From an uncultured delta proteobacterium (lineage in GTDB: Bacteria > Desulfobacterota > Binatia > DP-6), in NCBI GenBank assembly GCA_963815115.1, contig CAWFFN010000009.1:1184001-1248000 (forward strand): a DNA stretch of 64,000 bases, in the 5' to 3' direction. This document shows, one piece after another, positions 49,258 to 59,087 of the stretch (positions are counted from its first letter, which is position 1; every line of letters begins with the position of its first letter). The position numbers were made by a program, and so were the translations under genes. The notes under the pieces were generated by a model. That model did not search any database. It was not told where the DNA came from and was given only the letters and a program-made list of their open reading frames with translations.

Positions 49258-49776
49258 ATGGCGTCGCGGGCGTTCTCGCACATCGGGCTCTCCACCCTGG
49301 ACCTCGATCGGACGCGCGCGTTCTACGAGGAGGTCCTCGGTTTCACCGCCGTTCGCTGCGACACCCTGGAGTTCGAGGAAGGCGGCCGCATCCGCCACGT
49401 CTTCTTCGATGCCGGCGACGGACAGCTGATCGCGTTCATGGAGCCGCGCGGCATCCCGGGCATGCCGGTCGAGTACGACGCGGGGATCAACCGCGGCCTC
49501 GGCGTGCCCGATGCCTTCTATCATTTCGCCTTCGAGGTGGCATCGCTGGAAGCGCTCGAGGCGAAGCGCGCCCAGCTCATCGCCAGGGGCGTCAAGGTGA
49601 CGCCGATCGTGGACCACGAGTGGATGAAGTCGATCTACTTCAAGGATCCGAACGGCCTCATGCTGGAGTATGCCTGGCAGGCCCGCGAGCTCGGACCCGA
49701 CGATGCGGTGATGCAGGTCCGCGAGCGGCTGAAGCTGCGCGGCCGCTCCCCGGTGACCGACTTCCGCGACCGGTGA
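49258..49776 (+). CDS. VOC/glyoxalase family protein
   Basis: FSHIGL, YHFAF, SIYFKDPNGLMLE. Confidence 0.9.
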   Translation: MASRAFSHIGLSTLDLDRTRAFYEEVLGFTAVRCDTLEFEEGGRIRHVFFDAGDGQLIAFMEPRGIPGMPVEYDAGINRGLGVPDAFYHFAFEVASLEALEAKRAQLIARGVKVTPIVDHEWMKSIYFKDPNGLMLEYAWQARELGPDDAVMQVRERLKLRGRSPVTDFRDR

Positions 49777-49781
49777 GGGCC

Positions 49782-49807
49782 GCCCGACCCGCCGTCACGG
49801 GTCGGGC
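49782..49807 (+). terminator. Hairpin after the VOC gene
   Basis: gcccgacccg-ccgtca-cgggtcgggc; no U tract. Confidence 0.4.
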
Positions 49808-49841
49808 TGGCGGGAAGGGGCGGCGCGGAGACACCCGGGTT

Positions 49842-49857
49842 GCGACATCGTGTCGCA
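49842..49857 (+). repeat. attL core GCGACATCGTGTCGCA
   Basis: Identical to 63406-63421. Confidence 0.85.
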
Positions 49858-49957
49858 CGCCGGCGGTCACGCCCGACCACGCCCGACCACAAGGGCTTGA
49901 AATCTCAAGGGTCGCCGGATCGGCGAGTGACCCCTGAGAGCACCGAGTGTCCACACG

Positions 49958-49979
49958 TTCATGGACAGTTCATGGACAG
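49958..49979 (+). repeat. Integrase arm-type sites (TTCATGGACAG x2)
   Basis: Same doublet recurs at 63327-63347. Confidence 0.75.
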
Positions 49980-49987
49980 TCGCGGGC

Positions 49988-51123
49988 TTAGGACGTGCGC
50001 CGCAGCGGCAGGACGGTGCGCGGGCCGGGCGCTGCGAGGGCGGCGTCGAGCTTGGCCTGCGCCACGGCCAAGTCGTCGGTGCTGGTGACGTTGTACCGCG
50101 TGAGCATGCTGCGCGTCTTCCAGCCGCCGAGCTTCATGACGACGTCCTCCGGCACGCCGGCCCGGATGAGCGTCCGCGCGCCGCTGCGCCGCAGGTCGTG
50201 GAGCACGAGCCCGGCGAGGCCGGCGGCGGTGGTGCCCTGGGCCCAGATCCGGTCGAAGCGGCTGTGCCCACCGGCCGGCCGTTCAGGTGAAAGACGAAGG
50301 GCGAGGCCGCACTCCGGGCCTGCCACCGCCGCTCGAGCAGGGCGAGCAGCCGGCCGGTCACCGGCAGGGTCAGGGGCCGCTTGTTCTTGAGCACCCGCCC
50401 CGGCAGCTGAAGCGTACCGCCGACGACGTGCCCGGCTTCAACCTCGAGGGCGCACATCGACCAGGTGAGCAGGCGCGCGGCGTTCCGCCGCAGCAGTGTC
50501 AGGTACCCACACTCGACCAGGTCGGCGATGACCTCGTCCCGCTGTCGGAGCTCGCGGACCAGGGCATCGAACTCCGGCGGGTCGACAAAGCCCTCGCGTT
50601 CGTTGCCTTCCTCGGACCGCATGGTGATGGCGGGCATGCTCGGGAGGAGCTGCTTCTTGACGGCGAGCTTGAACCCGCGGCGGAGCACGCTCAGCTCCCG
50701 ATTGACCGTCGCCGGCTGCGCGCCCGCCGTGATGCGCGCGTCGGCGTAGCAGTCGACGTCGTCGGCCGTGATGTGCAGTGCCAGCATGTCGCCGAAGGTC
50801 TCGGCGAGGTGGGCGACGGTCTTGCCCGGCTGCTCGGCCGTGCCGAGCCGCTTGGCGGTGCGATTGCCCCGACGGGCGGCGTCGGCCCGCGCCAGCTCGA
50901 TGAGCTCCTCGAACGTCAGCTTGCGCGCCGCGGGGTCGACGTACTGCGGCGTGTCCGCCGCCTTCACCTTCTGCCGGAGCACGGTCCGCGCCTTGCGCTC
51001 GTCACGCTCGCCGGTCGATTCCTCGACGAGCTTGCCCTCGTGGTGGTAGCGCGCCCACCAGATGCCGCCACGGAGCCGGAGCGAGCCGGTGCCGCGCTCG
51101 CGTTTCGCGTTCTCAACGCTCAT
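49988..51123 (-). CDS. Tyrosine integrase (one frameshift near 50268)
   Basis: PATVNRELSVLRR, KNK, LHDLRRS, GGWKTRSMLTRY; adding one base gives 378 aa. Confidence 0.9.
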
Positions 51124-51151
51124 GCCGCATCCCTCCTGTGACGTCGCTCGT

Positions 51152-51613
51152 TCATCGGCATGTGCTGTAGCAGCCGCCGAGATTCTCGCGGCAGGCGTTC
51201 CCGGCTTCGGCAGCACTGGCTCTGGCCGCGTCGCCGGCTGGGCCGACTGGGGCGGAGTACCAGGTGTGGTCGAGGCACTGATTGTACAGGGCCTGACACT
51301 CGCGGACACATTGCCCGCCGGCCGTAGTCTGCACGTTGGGCACGGGCGGCATGGGCGTGCGCCGCACCGGGGGCACGGCGGGCGTCGTGGCGCACGCCGT
51401 CGCGAGCATTGCGACGAAAAGTGCGAGCGCCAGATTCCGTGTGCCGCCCCGGAGGGTAGTCAGAGCAGCGATCCGCATCCACGCCGACACGCTCAGCTTG
51501 GCACGGTGGGCGGCCTGAGCGATCCGGCGCCGCTCGGCGGCGGTCAGGTACACGTACAGGGTCACGCGGTCGGGAATCTCCGGCGGTCGGCCTGGGCCTT
51601 TTCGTGCAGGCAT
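51152..51613 (-). CDS. RHH-like N-domain fused to a lipoprotein-like Cys-rich domain
   Basis: GRPP...VTLYVYLTAAERRRIAQAA..AKLSVSAWMR, then hydrophobic stretch, LATAC and CxxxC motifs. Confidence 0.6.
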   Translation of the reverse strand: MPARKGPGRPPEIPDRVTLYVYLTAAERRRIAQAAHRAKLSVSAWMRIAALTTLRGGTRNLALALFVAMLATACATTPAVPPVRRTPMPPVPNVQTTAGGQCVRECQALYNQCLDHTWYSAPVGPAGDAARASAAEAGNACRENLGGCYSTCR

Positions 51614-51645
51614 GATTGGGACATCCTAATTCCTGCCTGCACGAA
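51601..51645. promoter_or_regulatory. Perfect 12-bp inverted repeat over the start codon
   Basis: ttcgtgcaggca-N21-tgcctgcacgaa. Confidence 0.6.
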
Positions 51646-51648
51646 TTG

Positions 51649-51981
51649 TCAACCGACCCGCCGCCGGTCGAGCCAGCGCCGGAGCCCGGCCTCGTCGAAC
51701 ACCAGCCGCCGCCCGAGCCGTCGGGCGAACGGCAGGCGGCCGGCGCGCGCCTCCCGGTAGAGCCAGCCCCGCGACATCCCGGTGCGGCGCATGACCTCGG
51801 CGACGTCGAGAGCATCGGAAACGGGAGGGGCGCTCCCCCCGTTTGGTGCCGGCGCCGTCGCAGTCGTCCAGACCGCGAACTTGAGCGCCTCGAGCTCGCC
51901 GACGACCTGGGCGGCCTCGAGGGCGTCGACGCGGTCGGCCAGGGCGCGGAGCGCGGCGCGAAGATCGGCGCCGTCCGTCAT
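51649..51981 (-). CDS. Excisionase/AlpA-like HTH protein
   Basis: LDVAEVMRRTGMSRGWLY...GRRLVFDEAGLRRWL. Confidence 0.85.
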   Translation of the reverse strand: MTDGADLRAALRALADRVDALEAAQVVGELEALKFAVWTTATAPAPNGGSAPPVSDALDVAEVMRRTGMSRGWLYREARAGRLPFARRLGRRLVFDEAGLRRWLDRRRVG

Positions 51982-52187
51982 GAGCCCTCCGTGGCCGGCT
52001 TGCGCTCGGCCTCGAGCCGGCGGTGATACTCCGCCGGCCAGCACCACCAGCAGCGCCCTGCTGCGGCGATCCCGGCCCTCGGGACGCGACGCCCGCAGTC
52101 GGTGCAGGTCGCCGGCGCCACGTCATCGCCGGCCGACGGCCACGGACCGCAATCCGACCAGGCCTGGTCAGGCGAGCGCACCCACAT
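51978..52187 (-). CDS. Small zinc-finger-like protein
   Basis: CTDC...CWWC; start and stop overlap both neighbouring genes. Confidence 0.55.
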   Translation of the reverse strand: MWVRSPDQAWSDCGPWPSAGDDVAPATCTDCGRRVPRAGIAAAGRCWWCWPAEYHRRLEAERKPATEGS

Positions 52188-54522
52188 CAGGTGCCCTTGG
52201 GTCCGGAGATCGGGTGACAGGTAACGCACTCGTCGCCTTCCACGCCCCGGTGCCGCCACCGGCGGCCGCCGCACCGCACGCAAACCTGCCCGAGGCCGGT
52301 CTCGAAGATCGGGGCATCGTCGCCCGCCGGCTCGGGGTCGCAGCCGCTGCACTCGGTCGAGCCGCAGGTCGCGCAGGCGAGCCGCAGAGGACCGGCCCCG
52401 TTGCCATCCTTGCCGTCGCCTGCCCCCGAGGAAGTGCGGGAGAAGCGGCAAGAAACAGGGGTCTCGGGACTCCTTCTCTCCCAAGACTTTCCGGGAGGCG
52501 TCTCTTGCGGCCCTTGTGCCGCAACACCCGCGAGAGACTCCTCTTCGCAAAGCCCACTCGCAGCAGGGGTTTTCGCGTTTGACGTTTCTTGCCGCGGCCA
52601 CGCCTGATTCATCCCCACCACGAAGACGGGATGCCCACGGCGGGCAACATCCTTTACGAGGCGCCACCGGGCGCCGTTCTCGCGGTCGAGCACGGTGCGA
52701 GCGACCGCCCGGGAGACCGTGCCATCGCCATGCAGGAGGTCCACCGCCTCGGTCCGAGCCAGCGGCAGTTCGTCGGCCGCCGCCCGGCGGTCCACCTCAG
52801 CCACGAGGCTGGCGACGAGCTCGGCCTCGGTCGCTGCCCGCTCGGCCTCCGTCTGCGCCCGGGCAGCTTCCCCGGCCGCGTTCAGCTCCGCGGTCACTTC
52901 GCGCAACGACCAAGGCACCACGGCGAGCGTGATCTCGAGGGCGAAGGGCTCTGGTTCCTCGCCCACCCGGAACTTCGAGGGCACGAAGGCGAGCACGTAG
53001 CGATCTCGCCGGGTGCGGCGCGTCGCCCGCTCGGCCCACGCCTCCCGGCCCGCCGCCGGGAGCTCGGTCCACCAGTCCTTCGTCCCGCTCGGCTGAAAGC
53101 CGGTGGCGTCCCGCACCTCGTAGGCGATGTCGGCCCGGTCCTCGATGACCCCGCTCCCGCGCCCATGCGAGCCGCTCTTGATGGTGTTGCCGAGCACGAG
53201 GATCGACGGCCCATCGGCCCGGTGGACGATGTCGAGCAAGGGGGCGATGGCTTTCGAGGCTTGGCGGAATCCTGCTCGCCCACCCCCTCGGTGGACGCAT
53301 CGAGGGAGTCGACGATCACGAGTGCGTAGGTGCCGAACGGGAACGTGCGCCATGCCGCGGCATCGGTGAGCGGCGGCACCTCATCGCGGGTCAAGACCCG
53401 CAGGGTGGTGAGGTCCGCAGCCCCCCACGCACGGAGCCGTCGGCGGATTTCGCGCTTGGCGTTGTCGCGGTCGAGCAACAACACCGCGTGGCCTGCCCGG
53501 GCGAGCTGGATGGCGAAGGCATACGCGACGTGGGTCTTGCCGAGCCCTCGTGGCGAGAAAAAGTTCGTGAGCGACCCCGGGCTCAGCAGGCGAGGGACGA
53601 GCCAGTCGAGCGCGGGATCATCGCCGGCGAGAAACTCCGCCGCCGTGACGGCCTTGCTCCAGACCTCGCCCGAAGCGCCCCCACTCGTGAACGCGGCGCC
53701 AGCGTCGAACGTGTCGGGCCCGAACCACGTCTCGAGCTTCTCGAGCACGCCGGCCCCAAGCAGCTCGGCCAGGCGTGTGCCGCCGGTGGCGTGGCCTCCC
53801 TGGGCCAACCGCCGCGCCGTCGTCAGCACATCCTGGACGCGGGCACGTGTCTCCTCGTCCCCGGCGAGCCGTGCCGCCGTCCCGATGATCGTCTGCACGG
53901 CGTCCACCGCCACGGCCCGCCGCAGGAGGTAGCCCGCGGCAGCGAGGGCGATCTCGTGACGTACCCCGACCGTGCGCGGCCAGGCGCGGCCGAGGAGTGC
54001 GGTCACGGCGATGGAGCGGGCGGCATCCACGAGCGGGGCAGCCGGAACGATGGCTGGCGTCCGCGGGGCGCCGTCGAAGGCGATCGTCTCCCCGCTCGGA
54101 TGCACCGAGGGCGGCCACACCGTCTGCGAGCCGGTCGAGAGCAGCTCGACGAGCATCTCGGACTTCTTCGTGATCGGATCCGGTGGCGTGGTGTACTTCG
54201 TCGTCACCGGCGGCGGGCTGCACCGATAGAGCCAGTGCGACCGCGGTTTCCCGGGGCGTCCGAAGATGAGCGGCGTCGGCGGCAGGAACGTTGCCGCGAC
54301 GGCGACGGCTTCGGGCGCGTCCAGGTCGACGTCAACCAAACCGCCCGACGGCTCGCCGTTCAGGACGCCGAGATTGCTCTCGGGGTGGAAGTGCACCACG
54401 GACTCTTCCGTGTGGCGTTCCGCAGTCCAGTTGTTCCGGCCCGGATTCTTCGAGCCGCGGGGAATTTCAATCGGCGCGAAGCCGGCGCGCAGATACCGCC
54501 GGGCGGCCTCGATGCTGGTCAT
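52187..54522 (-). CDS. Bifunctional primase-polymerase fused to AAA/RecA-like helicase (frameshift near 53260)
   Basis: PIEIPRGSKNP, NLGV, DVDLD, SHWLY, QTVWPPSVHPSG; Walker A SPRGLGKT; Walker B VIVDS. Confidence 0.88.
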
Positions 54523-54530
54523 CGAGCGGG

Positions 54531-54755
54531 TTACCGTGCGGCGTCGGCCGTGAGCGCCGCGCCGAGGTGCAGTCGGCACTCGATCTCGTGCACGTCACGC
54601 AAGAGGCGCAGAGAGAAATCGAGTGCACAGGCAGCGTGCACGAGCAGCTCGGCGGTCCGGCCGACCCACAAGATGTGCGGCGCGTCGAGCGGCTCACCGC
54701 AGTAGATGCAGGCGGCATCCTTGACGCCGGCGCCCGGAATCGGGAACATCACCAT
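54531..54755 (-). CDS. Small hypothetical protein (CxxC...HxxC)
   Basis: AAGGAG RBS; CIYC and HAAC. Confidence 0.6.
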   Translation of the reverse strand: MVMFPIPGAGVKDAACIYCGEPLDAPHILWVGRTAELLVHAACALDFSLRLLRDVHEIECRLHLGAALTADAAR

Positions 54756-54771
54756 GTCACCAACTCCTTCC

Positions 54772-54807
54772 GGCGCCCCGGGGGACCGAGACAGCCCCCG
54801 GGGCGCC
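54772..54807. other. Intergenic GC hairpin
   Basis: ggcgccccggggg...cccccggggcgcc. Confidence 0.5.
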
Positions 54808-54813
54808 TCCGAC

Positions 54814-55209
54814 CTAGAACGGGATATTTTCGTCTTCGGGTGACGGAGAGGCGGGTGCGGCGGGTGGTGCGCTCGCCGCGTTCCGCTCGAGCGGCACGAA
54901 GCGCACGCCGAGACTCGACTTGCCGTTCATCACGACCGGGACGCGGTGCACCGTGACGTTCGCACCAGTCCACGTCGCGCCGTCTCGACCCAAGACCTCG
55001 GCGAGCGCCGCGTAGTTGGTACGGTTCAGCAGAAACGGCTTGTCGACCCCGACGAACGTCAGCACGACCTTCGGCCGGAGCACCCCCGTCTGCGGGTCTT
55101 TGACTTGTTCCACCGCGGCAGACTGAATTTGAATCACGCGGCCTGACGGGACGGGGAACGTAGCGTTGTTGTGGTATCGGGTCGGGAACAATTCGTCATC
55201 GTTGAACAT
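54814..55209 (-). CDS. Phage-type SSB-like protein
   Basis: LNRTN..AL...G....W.G..V pattern; acidic tail EDENIPF. Confidence 0.65.
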   Translation of the reverse strand: MFNDDELFPTRYHNNATFPVPSGRVIQIQSAAVEQVKDPQTGVLRPKVVLTFVGVDKPFLLNRTNYAALAEVLGRDGATWTGANVTVHRVPVVMNGKSSLGVRFVPLERNAASAPPAAPASPSPEDENIPF

Positions 55210-55307
55210 TTCCAGTCACCTTTCTGCCAGCTCTCACCGCGCTGGCGGCGGGTACACGCTCATTCGAGAAGAGGAGTCCGGCGGCGGGCCGCGGCTCCAG
55301 CGCGCCG

Positions 55308-55553
55308 TCATCGCACCGGCTCCCGATCGTCGGCGCGTGCCCCGAGCTCGCGGCGGCGTGCCTCGTGTTCCTCGAGCGCTCGGACGCGATCGCGGACCGC
55401 ACAGCGCACCAGCTCCGCCATGGAGCAGTTCTCGAGGGCCGCCGCGCGATGCCAGCGCGCCACCTCCGGCGCGGGGATGCGGAAGGCAACGACCTTCTTC
55501 GCGCTTGTGAACTTCACGTTGCGCAGCGTAGTGCGCGACGTGGTGCCAATCAA
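55308..55553 (-). CDS. Ribbon-helix-helix protein
   Basis: KVVAFRIP...AAALENCSMAELVRCAV. Confidence 0.65.
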   Translation of the reverse strand: MIGTTSRTTLRNVKFTSAKKVVAFRIPAPEVARWHRAAALENCSMAELVRCAVRDRVRALEEHEARRRELGARADDREPVR

Positions 55554-56251
55554 CTAGCTTGCTGGCGGTTTAAATCGCTTCCGAGGCGGCTTAATTCGCG
55601 GTCGAGGCGGTTTAATTCGTCGTCGAGGCGGTTTAATTCCGGTCCGGGTTCGCCGCCGTCCGCTGTGGCGCCGGTACGCCTCTTCGACCCGCTCATGGAG
55701 CCGATCGATGTCCTGACGGATTTCGTCCGGAGTCCGATCAGGAGCCGCCGTCCCGAACGTCACGCGCCGGCCACACCGCCAGCACATCCGCCACCCGGAG
55801 AACATCAGCGCCAGGGTGGCAGCAACAACAACATCACGCCGATGGGGCGCGTTTTCCTCTGCAACCGGTGCACGTAGTCGACCGTGGCCACGACGCAGGC
55901 GGTAAAGAGCACCTCGTGGGGGCGACCGCGGCCGCGTGGGCCACGGGGGAGTTGGTCAAGGTGATAGAACCAGTGTGCCGCCCGACACAGCCCTTCGTCG
56001 GTGCGCGGGTTGCTACCCGTGCGCTCCTCAAACGCCTCGGAGAGCGAGCGGGCGGCGGTCCCGAGGAGGTCCTCCGCCCGACAGGGCGCGGTCTCGAAGA
56101 GGTCGCCCGTCCATGCGGACAGCACTGGCCCTGATGCGGGCGGCGGCACACCATCCGGGTCGCTGTCGGCCGCCACATCCTGGCGCAAGCCCGCGCCACA
56201 CAGTGCGCACTCTCTCCGCGGCCTCGTCCTCGCCATCCCGCCGTCTCCCAA
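55554..56251 (-). CDS. Hypothetical protein (probable frameshift near 55845) with basic C-terminal repeats
   Basis: ORFs 55805-56251 and 55554-55805 join with one added base; CxxC motifs. Confidence 0.45.
55564..55647 (+). repeat. 4 x 21-bp tandem repeat (GGCGGTTTAATTCG...CGA)
   Basis: Units start at 55564, 55585, 55606 and 55627. Confidence 0.85.
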
Positions 56252-56426
56252 ACCCGCCGCCTTGAACGCCGCGGGGCGAGGGGCGGACGGCGAGGTCCAC
56301 GCCCCTCTAGCGCCCGGCCGGGCGCCCCCGCGGTCGAGGGGATGCTACTCGCTCCCTTGGGGCTGTGCGAGGTCGAGGTCCACCGCCGCGCGCCGTCACG
56401 CTACGACGAGAGCGAGCGCCCTGCGG

Positions 56427-57128
56427 CTAGCCTATTGGATCGCGCACTACTTCTTTCCCCTGAGCGGCCACCATCCGCTCGAACTGTTCCAGCATCCCGA
56501 TATGGTCCATTGTTCGGAGCGGCGCCTGGGAAAAGTACACATTGTCGCCATACGGAACCCCGTCGCGACGGTCGATCCGGAAGAAGCTGGGCAGCGGAAG
56601 CTGACCTGGATCGGGAAGCATCTCTAGCGCTTTGAGTCGAAACTCGGGGAGCGCGACATCATTCGGAACACTCGGGTCGTACTGTCTAACCGCGCCCGAG
56701 AGCCAGAGGCCCATCTGCTTTGCGAGTGGTGACGCCGCCCACTCTAGCGGCACGTCGAGACGAACCTCCACGTGGCTCGTGTAGAGCCGCCGAGGGCTGA
56801 TCTCTTGAGCGATGCCGTCTGCCGCGCTTAGGAGGTCATCGATCACCGCGTCCGCGTCGTCCGTGGAGGCTGGCGTATCGGCCGTGACCGCCTGCGGATA
56901 GAGAGCCAGGCTGTTGATGACAATCGGTCGCCCCTCACGGACAAACTTGCCATGCCTGAACACGATGGGTGTCGAACTATCCAGAGGGGCAATGTCCTTG
57001 GCCTCGACCGGAACATGCACAAAGCCGTATCGCTCGCGAAGGGCGGCGATGATGTCTGGTATGTAGACGGGCTTGAGCGGCGCGATGAGCCTAAAAGCCT
57101 GTGCGAAAAGCACGGCTTGAAGTTTCAT
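56427..57128 (-). CDS. Uncharacterised third gene of the toxin-antitoxin cassette
   Basis: 233 aa; ATGA-coupled to the antitoxin; lower GC. Confidence 0.75.
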   Translation of the reverse strand: MKLQAVLFAQAFRLIAPLKPVYIPDIIAALRERYGFVHVPVEAKDIAPLDSSTPIVFRHGKFVREGRPIVINSLALYPQAVTADTPASTDDADAVIDDLLSAADGIAQEISPRRLYTSHVEVRLDVPLEWAASPLAKQMGLWLSGAVRQYDPSVPNDVALPEFRLKALEMLPDPGQLPLPSFFRIDRRDGVPYGDNVYFSQAPLRTMDHIGMLEQFERMVAAQGKEVVRDPIG

Positions 57129-57606
57129 CCTCCAATGGCCTCAAGCGCGGGAATGTGAAGGAACGGCTGCGCCGCCCGAACGGGCTGCGTGGTCTTCCTG
57201 CCTTGTAGAAGTTCCGGGATGCCCTTGTTGTCTGCGGGTGGTTGGGATGCCTGGAGGGGCTCCTTGTGCAGTGACTTCACGACGTCTTCGACGCTTGCCA
57301 GCGGAGTTTCAACTAGGTCGGTGACGAGCCGAGTCGGATCAACAGCCATCCCAACCATGAGATCGCTAATAGTATTGAGGGTGCAGTTACCGGGCGAACA
57401 AAGCCAGCGCGTGATCTGCGATGGCTCCCGACGCAGCCGGTTGGCGAGGCGAAGTTTATTTATTTCGCCCGCATCCTCCAGCCGAGAAACTCCCTGATGA
57501 CAACGTCATACAGGACGTTCTGGAGGTTCCGCCGAAAGAACCACACGGCCTTCTCAGGAACGACCTCATCATCGAGGGACAAGTCGGGCGTGAGATAGGT
57601 AGGCAT
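57125..57606 (-). CDS. XRE/HigA-like HTH antitoxin (frameshift near 57484)
   Basis: Manual reading: MPTYLTPD...IREFL / RLEDAGEINKLRLANRLRREPSQITRWLCSPGNCTLNTISDL. Confidence 0.7.
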
Positions 57607-58105
57607 CAGGATGTACCCCTTCCGTTACGGGCTCCTCCGGCAAGAGGCGATCCCACTCCTCCCTGCATTCGAGACTCGCTGCGGCAAATGCCTCTCGATC
57701 TGGTAGGTCCCTGCGGTATCGCCATGCGAGCGCGACGAAAACATTTCTGAACGCGAAACGACCAAAGATACGTATAGTCGGCTGCCTTCTGGTGCTTCTG
57801 ATCTCCCACACTTCCTCATGGCCGGGATCGATCCGTGCTAGATAGCTCTGCTCGTCGTCGCCGTCGTCGTAGTAGCCATCCCTGCGGACCGCCAGCTCTC
57901 GCCCCGACACGAATTCGAGCAAATCGGCACCGACCTCCGTCCATCGCTTTTGATCTTTCGCGGATGCTGGGCCCTCCAACAAAAGGCGGTGGATAGCGAC
58001 GGAAACATACAGCTCGCGGCCCCTGCCTCGGCTCGCGCGCTTCGGGAACACTCGGTGCAGGCGCCGTTCGTCGCATAGCCGGTTGATCGCCTCTCGATTT
58101 GACAT
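57569..58105 (-). CDS. RelE/HigB-like toxin
   Basis: LARIDPGHEEVWEIRS...IRIFGRF; lies upstream of an XRE HTH gene. Confidence 0.6.
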   Translation of the reverse strand: MSNREAINRLCDERRLHRVFPKRASRGRGRELYVSVAIHRLLLEGPASAKDQKRWTEVGADLLEFVSGRELAVRRDGYYDDGDDEQSYLARIDPGHEEVWEIRSTRRQPTIRIFGRFAFRNVFVALAWRYRRDLPDREAFAAASLECREEWDRLLPEEPVTEGVHPDAYLSHARLVPR

Positions 58106-58114
58106 ATAAGTCAA
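58099..58114. promoter_or_regulatory. Palindromic operator candidate over the toxin start
   Basis: TTGAC-ATATAA-GTCAA. Confidence 0.5.
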
Positions 58115-58476
58115 CCGCCGGCAGAGTCAACTCAAACCTCTAGGTTTTCTCGGGTCGTCCGCCACGAGCCCATGGCCGCTCGAGATTGGCCAGGATGGCC
58201 TCGACGCCGGCCACCCCGCACCCACGGACAGGCACTTACCTAGTGCACCGGCCCCGATCGCGCTGGCGAGGCACCCCGCCGCCCCGAGCTGGTCGAGGAG
58301 TCACCCCCGGTTGGGAACTCGGGCACCCCGAAGAACTCGGCGACGACCGCCGCCCTTTCCGCTGCGTCCTCGGGCACCCAGCCGAGGACCGCAAGGATGA
58401 CGTCGTGGCAGGGGTCGGATCGGGCACGGTGAGCTTGTAGCCCAGTCTCAGCCGACGAGGCTACAGAGTCCTTGAG

Positions 58477-58737
58477 TCATCGCGGACCGACTTGGACGTT
58501 GAGGCTGCGACTATTGCCGTAGACTGCGGCCCGGCACCCTGCTGGGTCCCCGCCCTGACGGATGCAGCTATCAACGTCCGCAGCCTGGCGTTCGCGAGCG
58601 CGAGCTTCGGCCTCGCGACGTGCGCAGTAGGGGCTGTTGTGAATGCCTGCGATGCGAGAGCCCTCGTCGCCGCAAGGGACCATGCAGCCCACCAAGCCGA
58701 CTACTGTGACGAGGCACGCGCTCGGCAACAGGCGCAC
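58477..58737 (-). CDS. Small Cys-containing lipoprotein
   Basis: Lipobox-like LVGC; 86 aa. Confidence 0.5.
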   Translation of the reverse strand: MRLLPSACLVTVVGLVGCMVPCGDEGSRIAGIHNSPYCARREAEARARERQAADVDSCIRQGGDPAGCRAAVYGNSRSLNVQVGPR

Positions 58738-58865
58738 GCTTGAGGGCTACCAATGTTCCCCTAGTCCTTCAAGGTGGGCGCCGAGGCGAGCCCGCTCCCA
58801 ACCCCGACGGCACCGCGTCCCGTCACCCTCCCAGGACGCGCGGGCGCGGGGCCGCCGGGTTCACG

Positions 58866-59087
58866 TCACCGCCGCGGCCGCCCACCGCCCGCGAGGCGAG
58901 CGGCCTCCCGCAGCAAGACCTGCCGCACCCAGGACTCGCGCGAGACGTGACAGCCCGCCGGAGCCCGTGCCTGGGCGCGCTGCACGGCCTCGTCAACCGC
59001 GCCAAGGAGCCCGTCGACGTCGCGCAGGAGGAAACTCCGGACGTGCCGCCGGGCCGGTGGCGGGACGGTGAAGTCGTCGTCGGTCAC
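58866..59087 (-). CDS. Small RHH-like protein
   Basis: SFLLRDV...VSRESWVRQVL; GTGA-coupled to the upstream gene. Confidence 0.5.
   Translation of the reverse strand: MTDDDFTVPPPARRHVRSFLLRDVDGLLGAVDEAVQRAQARAPAGCHVSRESWVRQVLLREAARLAGGGRPRR

Noticed and set aside
49780-49990. tRNA at the integration site
   Set aside because: No cloverleaf, T-loop or CCA pattern at either att end.
55564-55647. CRISPR array
   Set aside because: 21-bp period with no unique spacers and no cas genes.
58140-58470. Additional gene between the toxin and the lipoprotein
   Set aside because: Only short ORFs without convincing starts or motifs.
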